Below, in pieces: positions 1-7,472 of a stretch of DNA of 43,161 bases. The notes under the pieces are model-generated. The model did no database searches and was not told where the DNA came from. It was given only the letters and a program-made list of their open reading frames with translations. Source of the stretch: an uncultured Candidatus Saccharibacteria bacterium (lineage in GTDB: Bacteria > Patescibacteriota > Minisyncoccia > Phycocordibacterales > GWA1-40-21); the NCBI GenBank assembly GCA_964613715.1, contig CAZTJK010000005.1, positions 1 through 43,161 of the forward strand, in the 5' to 3' direction. Position 1 is the first letter of the stretch, and each line of letters starts with the position of its first letter. The translations under genes were made by a program, and so were the position numbers.

Positions 1-297
1 AAATTCGGTGAACTAGACATTATCGCTGAAATAGATGAAATGCTTCATTTTATTGAGGTAAAGTCGGTTTCACGTGAAATAGGGGAGAATGATTCACGTG
101 AAACAAGCCAGTACAGGCCAGAAGACAATGTCCATAGGGCAAAGCTAGAAAGAGTCACAAAGACTATTGAAATCTACTTAACGGAGAAAAGTATTTCACA
201 TGAAACTGAATGGCAAATTGATGTTATAACGGTCGAAATAGACAAAAAACAGCTTATTTCAAGGGTTTTTATGCTTGAAAACATTATTATTGAGTAA
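1..297 (+). CDS. yraN: YraN/UPF0102 family nuclease, 5'-truncated by window edge
   Basis: Frame 1 is open from base 1: KFGELDIIAEIDEMLHFIEVKS...RPEDNVHRAKLERV, matching the GE(I/L)DII...FVEVK PD-(D/E)XK motif of YraN; TAA at 295-297. Confidence 0.85.
   Translation, partial: KFGELDIIAEIDEMLHFIEVKSVSREIGENDSRETSQYRPEDNVHRAKLERVTKTIEIYLTEKSISHETEWQIDVITVEIDKKQLISRVFMLENIIIE
66..207. promoter_or_regulatory. Cluster of three parS-like palindromes inside yraN
   Basis: GGTTTCACGTGAAATA (66-81, 14/16), TGATTCACGTGAAACA (90-105, 15/16) and TATTTCACATGAAACT (192-207, 13/16) versus canonical TGTTTCACGTGAAACA. Confidence 0.75.
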
Positions 298-298
298 T

Positions 299-566
299 AA
301 AAAAACCGCCCATGAACTACTGAGCAAGTAGACAACGGACGGCGAAAGAAAATGTCTCGTGAGATTTCACTCCCTACACCTTGTGCGTTTTAAAATAAAA
401 TCTTAAAGCGGGTGAGGGAAGGAAAGCTATGAAATTTCACCAAACAAAGCTTTCAATTTTGAAGATGATCAGTCTTCGATGAAAGAACTCCTTGAAGTAT
501 GTTTAGGAGGACTGAAATAGCGAGTTGCGTTGACTATTTCTGTCTGATACTTCAATACTTTTGTCC
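299..566 (-). ncRNA. Candidate stand-alone structured noncoding RNA (~270 nt), unassigned
   Basis: TATAAT at 578-573, predicted TSS 566; helices 492-500/547-555, 514-520/534-540, 461-465/473-477, 422-428/448-454, 370-380/411-420; terminator stem 306-311/337-342 plus U7; no credible ORF on this strand. Confidence 0.55.
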
Positions 567-644
567 GATATGATTATACTCTAGATATAAAAGACAAGTA
601 AAGGACATAGTTGTTGATAACTTTAAAACTATCTAAAAGACAAT

Positions 645-680
645 AAAAAATGACGCTTTGGGTTTTATCCAAAGCGTCAT
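645..680 (-). terminator. Intrinsic terminator of the 690-1196 gene
   Basis: 12-bp stem ATGACGCTTTGG/CCAAAGCGTCAT followed by a U-tract on the minus strand. Confidence 0.85.
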
Positions 681-689
681 AATACGCCC

Positions 690-1196
690 TTAATGCTTGT
701 TTTTCTGAAAACACCAGACGACTTCGGCAGAGAACCTTTGCTGTAGCCTGCTTTCGCAGGAAATGCTCGTCAGCCACTTGGTCTTGCCATTGGTCTTCAG
801 GGAAAAGATGATCGGGGTTCCTTTCATACCCTTGATCGGCTCCATCGCCATGTGCACGACTTCCTGGTCAGGCTGGTCCTGATACTCTGTCCGGAGCCAG
901 GGCCCGTGACAAGGTTTGGCAGGGGAACCATTTCTTTCTCCGATACCGCGCAGCACTTCCTCAAGGGTAGCGCTGTCCTTCTTTCCGGTCAGATCCTTCG
1001 TGGTCATGAAAGCGAGCATGACCTGCTCATCTTTTTCAGGACATTCGATCGAACCACCATCGCGATCGAAAATATCCTGGACCGCGACCCCGAACATTAC
1101 CCCTGGAGCCTTCTGAAGGGCTGTTTTTAAAGCCCGAAAGCCCCCTGGAATTTTTAGACCCATCTCCGATGGGAGTACAGCCCTAGACTGAACCAT
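690..1196 (-). CDS. Hypothetical protein, Parcubacteria-type family (GPxLRxxYxDQP...MEPI...WL...VF); possible C-type-lectin-like C-terminus
   Basis: 168-aa ORF with AAGAGG SD, TTGACA-18-TGcTATAAA promoter and its own terminator. Confidence 0.7.
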   Translation of the reverse strand: MVQSRAVLPSEMGLKIPGGFRALKTALQKAPGVMFGVAVQDIFDRDGGSIECPEKDEQVMLAFMTTKDLTGKKDSATLEEVLRGIGERNGSPAKPCHGPWLRTEYQDQPDQEVVHMAMEPIKGMKGTPIIFSLKTNGKTKWLTSISCESRLQQRFSAEVVWCFQKNKH

Positions 1197-1283
1197 GCAA
1201 TACCTCTTTCTAGCGTTTTTACGCGAAAAATATGCTAAAGAACAAGGCAGTTTTATAGCATGCAGAATAGATCCATGTCAATA

Positions 1284-2054
1284 TTATTTGGATAATTCCA
1301 GGGAAACAGGGCAATGGTCGCTGCCCATGACTGAATCGAGAATATCGGCTTTTTTGACTTTTGCCTTCAAGTCGCCAGATACGAAGAAATAGTCGATTCT
1401 CCAGCCGATATTACGGTCCCGGGCATAGGTTTTCATGTCCCACCAGCTATAACGCTCGGTTTCATGCGCATGAAACAAGCGAAAGGTATCAATATAGCCC
1501 TTGGCAATGACTGCATCGATCCAAGCGCGTTCGATATCGAGAAATCCGGAAGTATTTTTATTTTCCTTCGGGTGCGCAAGATCAATTTCAGTATGGGCAG
1601 TATTCACATCGCCGCAAAAAACAACTTTGTGGCCTTTTTTCTGCAATTTCTCGATGAATTTCAGAAATTCCTCATAATAATGCATCTTGTACTTGAGGCG
1701 TTCCGGCCCGCCGCCGCCATTCGGAAAATAAACATTTAGAAGCACGAAATCCTTGAAATAGAGGATAAGGGTTCGGCCTTCGTCATCGAATTTCTTGATG
1801 CCAAGGCCGTATTCTACCTTTTCAGGCTTGATTTTCGTGAAGACAGCGACGCCGCTATAGCCTTTTTTTATTTTTGAATGATCGAAATACGAGAAATAGC
1901 CGGCAGGGGAACGCAGTTCTTCCGGCAGCTGTTCGGGATGTGCTTTGGTTTCCTGGAGACATAGGATATCCGGATCGAGGTCGAAAACAGCATTGAAAGC
2001 CCCTTTCTTGTAGACGGCGCGGATACCGTTGACGTTCCATGAAAGTAATTTCAT
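1284..2054 (-). CDS. xth: Exodeoxyribonuclease III (AP endonuclease)
   Basis: LSWNVNGIRA, LQETK, GDVNTAH, WRIDY, SDHCP motifs. Confidence 0.97.
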   Translation of the reverse strand: MKLLSWNVNGIRAVYKKGAFNAVFDLDPDILCLQETKAHPEQLPEELRSPAGYFSYFDHSKIKKGYSGVAVFTKIKPEKVEYGLGIKKFDDEGRTLILYFKDFVLLNVYFPNGGGGPERLKYKMHYYEEFLKFIEKLQKKGHKVVFCGDVNTAHTEIDLAHPKENKNTSGFLDIERAWIDAVIAKGYIDTFRLFHAHETERYSWWDMKTYARDRNIGWRIDYFFVSGDLKAKVKKADILDSVMGSDHCPVSLELSK

Positions 2055-2059
2055 ATCGA

Positions 2060-2090
2060 CGAGTATAGCACGACCAATATGCTATACTCG
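2060..2090. promoter_or_regulatory. Back-to-back divergent extended -10 promoters forming a perfect 11-bp inverted repeat
   Basis: CGAGTATAGCA-N9-TGCTATACTCG; each half is TGcTATACT; the minus copy lies 7 nt before the xth ATG. Confidence 0.7.
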
Positions 2091-2105
2091 GCTCATAGCA
2101 ACTTT

Positions 2106-2459
2106 ATGAAAACATTCATGAAATATAGTATTGCATCCCTCATGCTCGCCGGTGCACCATCCCTGGCACTTGCTCAGCGGTACATGATGTACAGTCCTGG
2201 CAGCTATGATAACTATTCGATCGGCTGGTTTCCGATGATACTGTTTGCCATCCTGCCGATTCTTTGGATCGGATTTTGCATCCTCATGTTCGTATTCTGG
2301 CTTTGCATACTCATCGATGCAATCAAGCATGCGCCGGAAAAGATGAAGCTCATCTGGGTAGTCGTTATCATATTTACGAATATCATCGGCGCGCTAATCT
2401 ATTATTTCGTAGAAAAGCGTCCGCGCAAGGTAAAAACGACAGAACGAAAAGAGGCCTAG
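2106..2459 (+). CDS. Small membrane protein with PLDc N-terminal-like (PLD_N) helical hairpin
   Basis: Signal-like N-terminus, then FVFWLCILIDAIK...KLIWVVVIIFTNIIGALIYYFV, the typical PLDc_N pattern; start uncertain (2106 or 2118). Confidence 0.7.
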   Translation: MKTFMKYSIASLMLAGAPSLALAQRYMMYSPGSYDNYSIGWFPMILFAILPILWIGFCILMFVFWLCILIDAIKHAPEKMKLIWVVVIIFTNIIGALIYYFVEKRPRKVKTTERKEA

Positions 2460-2475
2460 AATAAGAACTTCATGC

Positions 2476-2510
2476 AAAAGGGCGGGTTCGCGAAGCGAAC
2501 CCGCCCTTTT
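2476..2510. terminator. Bidirectional intrinsic terminator
   Basis: AAAAGGGCGGGTTCGC-GAA-GCGAACCCGCCCTTTT, 16-bp perfect stem between convergent genes. Confidence 0.9.
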
Positions 2511-2525
2511 GGTATGCCAGGCTAA

Positions 2526-3458
2526 TTATTTCCTGTTTTTGCCATGAAAATTCTTGTGAATGTCCCGCAAATGCTTATCGGTAACATGCGTATAGATCTG
2601 TGTCGTCGTGATATTGGCATGGCCGAGTATTGTCTGCACACTGCGCAGATCTGCCCCGTTTGACAAGAGATCGGTTGCAAATGCATGCCGAATGACATGC
2701 GGGGTTACCTTTTTCGAGATGCCGGCAATGGTTGCATAGCGTTTGACGATCCGTTCCACTGAACGGCGAGTCAGCCCTGCTGTAGTATCAGTAGAGCCGC
2801 GCGTTTCACCGCCGACCGGCACGAACAGGGCTTCGGACATATCCTTTCTGATTTTGAGATAATCGCCAACGGCGCGCTTGGCATCATCGGACAGGAATAC
2901 CACGCGGACTTTGCCACCCTTACCGCGAATGGAGAATTCGTCCGCATGGAGATCAAGGTCATTCGTAAGCGAACAAAGCTCGGAAACACGCAGGCCGGTT
3001 GAAAAGAGAAGCTCGAGTATCGCTTTGCCGCGGGCTTTCTTTTCCGGATCGGTTTCTGTATCAGGCGCTTTCAATAGGCGAGACAGTTCGGCCGGACTGA
3101 TAGTATCGATGATGCGCTCGCCGACTTTTGCAAGCTCGATATTGTCTGCTGGCAGCGAGCTGATGCCCCGACGTGCCAGGAATTTCAAGAATGTGCGTAG
3201 AGCGATGAGATAGTAGTTTTGGGTTTTCTTTTTCATGGTCTCGCCGGTCGCGCGGTTATTGCCTGCCGATTGGCGATTGAGCCACATGCGAAAATCGCGG
3301 ACAGCGTCATTGGTGATGTCTTCCGGCTTTTGCAATTTGGTCTGGCTCAAAAAAACAGATAGGTAATGGTCGTAATTTTCTATCGTGCGCAGTGCCCGGC
3401 CTTTTTCAATCTCGATATATTCAAGGAATTCGCGCTTCAGATCAGGGAGGGTTTTCAT
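2526..3458 (-). CDS. XerC/XerD-like tyrosine recombinase
   Basis: Catalytic set present: TGLRVSEL (R), GKGGK (K), HVIRH (HxxR), LGH, TTQIYT (Y); SAM-like N-domain; start MKTLPD supported by TGgTAGAAT 7 nt upstream. Confidence 0.93.
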   Translation of the reverse strand: MKTLPDLKREFLEYIEIEKGRALRTIENYDHYLSVFLSQTKLQKPEDITNDAVRDFRMWLNRQSAGNNRATGETMKKKTQNYYLIALRTFLKFLARRGISSLPADNIELAKVGERIIDTISPAELSRLLKAPDTETDPEKKARGKAILELLFSTGLRVSELCSLTNDLDLHADEFSIRGKGGKVRVVFLSDDAKRAVGDYLKIRKDMSEALFVPVGGETRGSTDTTAGLTRRSVERIVKRYATIAGISKKVTPHVIRHAFATDLLSNGADLRSVQTILGHANITTTQIYTHVTDKHLRDIHKNFHGKNRK

Positions 3459-3554
3459 CAAATCCATTCTACCATGTCGCACAATATATTCCGTACAGCC
3501 CAAGCAAACGGCTATCTCTTGCGTTTTCGAGAGAAATGTGCTAATCTTCAGCCT

Positions 3555-3818
3555 ATGTTAACGAAGACGAAAAAACAGAAAGTCATCAAGGAAGTGGCCC
3601 GCCACGACACCGATACCGGCTCCCCGGAAGTGCAGGTTGCCATCCTCTCCAAGAAAATCGAGGAATTGACGAAGCATTTGAAAAAGAATGCGAAAGACAA
3701 TCACTCCCGCCGCGGACTCATCGGCATGGTCGCCGACCGCAGAAAGCACCTGAAATACCTCGAAAAGCATAGCCCGAAAAAATACGAAGCGGTTACGAAA
3801 AAAGTCGGCCTGAAATAA
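3555..3818 (+). CDS. rpsO: 30S ribosomal protein S15
   Basis: DTGSPEVQVAIL...KDNHSRRGL motifs; ATG at 3555 is 7 nt after TGcTAATCT. Confidence 0.98.
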   Translation: MLTKTKKQKVIKEVARHDTDTGSPEVQVAILSKKIEELTKHLKKNAKDNHSRRGLIGMVADRRKHLKYLEKHSPKKYEAVTKKVGLK

Positions 3819-3846
3819 AAATTCGCTTCGAGAGAAGCGAATTTTT
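3817..3846 (+). terminator. rpsO terminator
   Basis: 13-bp stem with GAGA loop and U-tract. Confidence 0.85.
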
Positions 3847-3948
3847 ATTTCGAGTCATGAATCACGACTGAAGCCACGGGCTTGAGCCGTGATAGAATGG
3901 ATACTGGTCGATCGTTCCCTCTATTATCAATTTTTATTATTTCTTACT

Positions 3949-4473
3949 ATGAGTGTTGTAAAACATAAAGACCAGCGCGTCGGTATTTTCATCGATACGC
4001 AAAATTTGTATCATTCCGCGAAAAATCTATACGGCGGAAAAGTGAATTTTGGACAGGTGATCAATGACGCCCTTGATGGGCGCGTGCTTATCCGCGCGAC
4101 TGCATATGTGATCACGACCGAATCAGGCGATGAGAAGGGCTTCTTCGAAGCGCTCGGCAAAGTCGGCATCACGACAAAGACGAAAAACCTCCAAATCTTC
4201 GCGGGCGGCGCTAAAAAAGCCGACTGGGACGTGGGCATGGCGATCGACGCGATCGCGCTCTCGCCGAAACTCGATGCTGTGATCCTCGTCACGGGCGATG
4301 GCGACTTCGTGCCGCTTGTCGAATACCTGAAAGTGACACAAGGCTGCCAGGTGGAATGCGTTTCCTTCGGCAAATCAACTTCCTCGAAGCTTATCGATAC
4401 TGTCGATGGATTCATGGACCTTGATGATGATCCGCAGCGATACATGATCGGCGGCGGACGCAGACGCAGATAA
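3949..4473 (+). CDS. NYN domain (LabA/DUF88) protein
   Basis: IFIDTQNLY, KADWDVGMAID, LVTGDGDFVPLV motifs. Confidence 0.92.
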   Translation: MSVVKHKDQRVGIFIDTQNLYHSAKNLYGGKVNFGQVINDALDGRVLIRATAYVITTESGDEKGFFEALGKVGITTKTKNLQIFAGGAKKADWDVGMAIDAIALSPKLDAVILVTGDGDFVPLVEYLKVTQGCQVECVSFGKSTSSKLIDTVDGFMDLDDDPQRYMIGGGRRRR

Positions 4474-4508
4474 AAAGAATAGCCGGCCCAAACGGGTCGG
4501 CTATTTTT
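4472..4508. terminator. Bidirectional terminator
   Basis: AATAGCCGGCCC-AAAC-GGGTCGGCTATT flanked by A- and T-tracts. Confidence 0.85.
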
Positions 4509-4824
4509 ATTCTTCGCAGCCTATGACCTGATACGCAAGGAACTGATTGAAAAATCGTGGCTCTACAATCATGATCCGGGCATAGAACAGCATCTCTGCA
4601 GATTCGACATCCGGCTGATGCAGCAGGAGAAACGCATCCCAATGTGCTTCTTCACGCTCCACAATGAGCGAGACATCGTCCGGAGACTGCCGCTTCATCT
4701 GCTTCACCGAGAGCATGATATGCTCGAGCAGCATATCGAAAAAATCGTTGAGTATGAGCGAGTCCGCCTTTCGTTTCGGAGCCGCGAGCGCGTAATTGCG
4801 GAAAAGTACCGCGGTATCACTCAT
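4507..4824 (-). CDS. Hypothetical ~105-aa helical protein (probable distant paralog of 4925-5236)
   Basis: AGGAG/AAAGGA SD 6 nt before ATG 4824; TTTACA-16-TGcTATCAT promoter at ~4862-4889; terminator downstream. Confidence 0.65.
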   Translation of the reverse strand: MSDTAVLFRNYALAAPKRKADSLILNDFFDMLLEHIMLSVKQMKRQSPDDVSLIVEREEAHWDAFLLLHQPDVESAEMLFYARIMIVEPRFFNQFLAYQVIGCEE

Positions 4825-4890
4825 GCAATATCCTTTCACTCCTAAAATAACCTCTCGTGCCATGATAGCATCGGGCATTTTTTTGTAAAC

Positions 4891-4920
4891 AAAAAGCCGA
4901 CCCTGATACAGAATCGGCTT
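4891..4920 (-). terminator. Terminator between the two small minus-strand genes
   Basis: AAGCCGA/TCGGCTT stem followed by a U-tract on the minus strand. Confidence 0.7.
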
Positions 4921-4924
4921 GGCA

Positions 4925-5236
4925 CTACACTTCGGCATCCACCCAGTATTCGGCAAGATCCGCGCGCCGCTCGGTGACGATCATACCTTCAATCAAATGC
5001 TCGAAAGACAATACCGCGGGATCTTCAAGCACCATCTGCTTGCGAAATGCCTCCCAGGTATGGGCGGCATGTTCAATGATGGATACAGCGACCCGATGCT
5101 GTTCTTTTTGCGGAGAAAGATCTTTGTCGATTTTCTCCATAAATGTACGGAATGCCTCGAGTGAGGCTGCTTCGCTTGTCTTGTGCTCGATCGTTGTCAA
5201 ATGCCGGTACAATTGAGAGAGCAACTCAGCTGTCAT
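4925..5236 (-). CDS. Hypothetical 103-aa helical protein
   Basis: Strong SD AAGGAGGTG before ATG 5236; TTGACA at 5304-5309 (minus); own terminator. Confidence 0.7.
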   Translation of the reverse strand: MTAELLSQLYRHLTTIEHKTSEAASLEAFRTFMEKIDKDLSPQKEQHRVAVSIIEHAAHTWEAFRKQMVLEDPAVLSFEHLIEGMIVTERRADLAEYWVDAEV

Positions 5237-5348
5237 GATTCACCACCTCCTTTTCTTATTGGCTGCAGCTTCTGATGTCACTTATAGTATAGAAAAAATA
5301 ACTTGTCAACAATATGAAGAATAACGGCTGCATGGTATTTTTATAGCT

Positions 5349-7472
5349 ATGAATAAAAAAGAGTTCTCTATGGAGCTCGGCGGCAAAAAGCTCACGGCCG
5401 AATTCAACGATTGGACTGAAAATGCGCATGGATCGGTCGTATTGAAATACGGTGCAACCACAATTCTCGCAACCGCGGTCATGTCCAAAGAGCGGCATAC
5501 TGGTGGGGATTTCCTTCCACTCACGGTGGATTACGAGGAAAAATTCTACGCGACGGGCCAGATACTCGGCAGCAAGTATACACGGCGGGAAGGGAAGCCG
5601 TCCGATGAGGCGATCCTTTCAGGACGCATCGTCGACCGCACCATCAGACCGCTCTTTGACCAATGGATCAGGAACGAGGTTCAGGTTGTCATCACGACGC
5701 TTTCCATCGACCAGGATGATCCGGATGTCTTGTCAGTCATCGCCGCATCACTTGCGCTTTCCATCTCGAAAATTCCATGGAACGGACCCGTGAGTGCCGT
5801 ACGCATCGGCAAGCACAAAAATGACGGATTCCAGGTGAATCCGACCTATGTCGAGCGCGAAAACGAGGCGTATGAGATTGATCTCGTCTCATGCGGCAAG
5901 GATGGCAATATCAATATGATCGAGCTCTCCGGCGATGAGGCCCAGGAAGGAACTATTATCGACGCGCTCAAGGCAGCATCAGCCGAAATCGAAAAGATAA
6001 ACGCATGGCAGAAAAATATCATCGCCGAAATCGGCATGAAAAAAATCTCGATTCCTGAAATACCCGCGCCCGAATCCGTCGTTGCGCTTTTTGCCGAGGT
6101 AATCAAACCGAAACTCGAAAGCTATGTAATGAGCGGCATGCCCGGACATGGGAAAATAGAAGAGATTACCGAGGCATGGATGCTTATCGCCAAAGAAAAG
6201 CTTCCGGTAGATGATTTTGCATTTGCAGCAGCCTATATCGAAGAGAGAATCGACGTAATGATACACGAACAGGCGATACAGCATGGGAAGCGCGCTGATG
6301 GGCGAGGACTCGACGAGCTGCGCCCGCTTTTCGCCCAGGCTGGCGGCATCTCTCCGGTGCTCCATGGATCGGGTATCTTTTACCGCGGCGGCACGCATAT
6401 TCTTTCAGTGCTGACCCTTGGCGGACCAAAAGATGCACAGGTGATCGAGGGGCTTGAACACTCCGAACCGCCGAAGCGCTTCATGCACCACTATAATTTC
6501 CCTCCATTTTCGACCGGCGAAACCGGCAGGATGGGCGGCACAAACCGCCGCATGATCGGCCATGGCGCGCTTGCCGAAAAAGCGCTTCTGCCGATGATCC
6601 CAGACATGGAGGCATTTCCGTACACGATCCGCATTGTCTCCGAAGCGCTCGCGTCAAACGGCTCAACATCCATGGGAAGTGTCTGCGGCTCGACGCTCGC
6701 ATTGCTTGATGGCGGCGTACCGCTCAAAAAACCAGTGGCCGGCATCGCAAGCGGACTTATGTCAGACGAGAAAGGGGATTATAAGATTCTCACCGATATC
6801 CAGGGGCCGGAAGATCATTTTGGCGACATGGATTTCAAAGTCGCCGGCACGCGAGATGGCATTACCGCCATACAGATGGATATCAAGGTTGGCGGCATCC
6901 CGATACCGGTGCTTGGCGAAGCCTTTGAAAAAGCGAAAGCTGCCCGATTCAAAATTCTCGATGTCATCGCAAAGACTATCGATGCTCCGCGCACCGGACT
7001 TTCGGCAAATGCCCCGAAAATCATTACCCTTAAAATCAACCCGAGGCAGATCGGCGACGTGATCGGCTCGGGCGGCAAGACGATCAAGGCGATCAAGGAA
7101 AAAACCGGCGCCGATATCGATGTCGAAGACGACGGCACGGTCTACATCACTGGTAAGAACGGTTCCTCGGAAAAAGCCAAGGAAATCATCGAGCGCATGA
7201 CACATGAATATAAGGTGGGGGAACAGTTCCAGGGCAAGGTCGTGCGAATCGAAGCATTCGGCGCATTCGTGAATATCGGCGGTGATACCGACGGCCTCGT
7301 GCACATCTCCGAAATCGCGCCATTCCGCATTGAAACGGTGACGGATTATCTCCATGTTGGCGACATCGTGCCCGTCATCGTGCGGGAAATCGACGAACGC
7401 AAGCGAATCAACCTCTCCATCAAGGCGGCGAAGCCAGACTTGTTCAAGCAAAAACCGGATACACATGCTTGA
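5349..7472 (+). CDS. pnp: Polyribonucleotide nucleotidyltransferase (PNPase)
   Basis: Two RNase PH domains (PLTVDYEEK, HYNFPPFS, RREIGHG-like RRMIGHG, SNGSTSM, GDMDFKVAG), KH and S1 domains. Confidence 0.98.
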   Translation: MNKKEFSMELGGKKLTAEFNDWTENAHGSVVLKYGATTILATAVMSKERHTGGDFLPLTVDYEEKFYATGQILGSKYTRREGKPSDEAILSGRIVDRTIRPLFDQWIRNEVQVVITTLSIDQDDPDVLSVIAASLALSISKIPWNGPVSAVRIGKHKNDGFQVNPTYVERENEAYEIDLVSCGKDGNINMIELSGDEAQEGTIIDALKAASAEIEKINAWQKNIIAEIGMKKISIPEIPAPESVVALFAEVIKPKLESYVMSGMPGHGKIEEITEAWMLIAKEKLPVDDFAFAAAYIEERIDVMIHEQAIQHGKRADGRGLDELRPLFAQAGGISPVLHGSGIFYRGGTHILSVLTLGGPKDAQVIEGLEHSEPPKRFMHHYNFPPFSTGETGRMGGTNRRMIGHGALAEKALLPMIPDMEAFPYTIRIVSEALASNGSTSMGSVCGSTLALLDGGVPLKKPVAGIASGLMSDEKGDYKILTDIQGPEDHFGDMDFKVAGTRDGITAIQMDIKVGGIPIPVLGEAFEKAKAARFKILDVIAKTIDAPRTGLSANAPKIITLKINPRQIGDVIGSGGKTIKAIKEKTGADIDVEDDGTVYITGKNGSSEKAKEIIERMTHEYKVGEQFQGKVVRIEAFGAFVNIGGDTDGLVHISEIAPFRIETVTDYLHVGDIVPVIVREIDERKRINLSIKAAKPDLFKQKPDTHA

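Noticed and set aside
429-520. Two overlapping plus-strand micro-ORFs (MKFHQTKLSILKMISLR; MKELLEVCLGGLK) after GGAAGG
   Set aside because: Very short, no plus-strand promoter or terminator found; the promoter, terminator and G-U pairing all favour a minus-strand RNA. A type I toxin-antitoxin reading cannot be fully excluded, but the peptides are not hydrophobic
574-777. 67-aa minus-strand ORF in the track
   Set aside because: Overlaps the real gene end, runs through its terminator and the next promoter; no RBS
2526-3458. Tyrosine recombinase as an integron or prophage/ICE integrase
   Set aside because: Looks like a housekeeping Xer-type protein; no IntI-specific insertion recognised, no attC (RYYYAAC...GTTRRRY) arrays, tRNA target or flanking direct repeats seen; neighbouring hairpins are ordinary terminators
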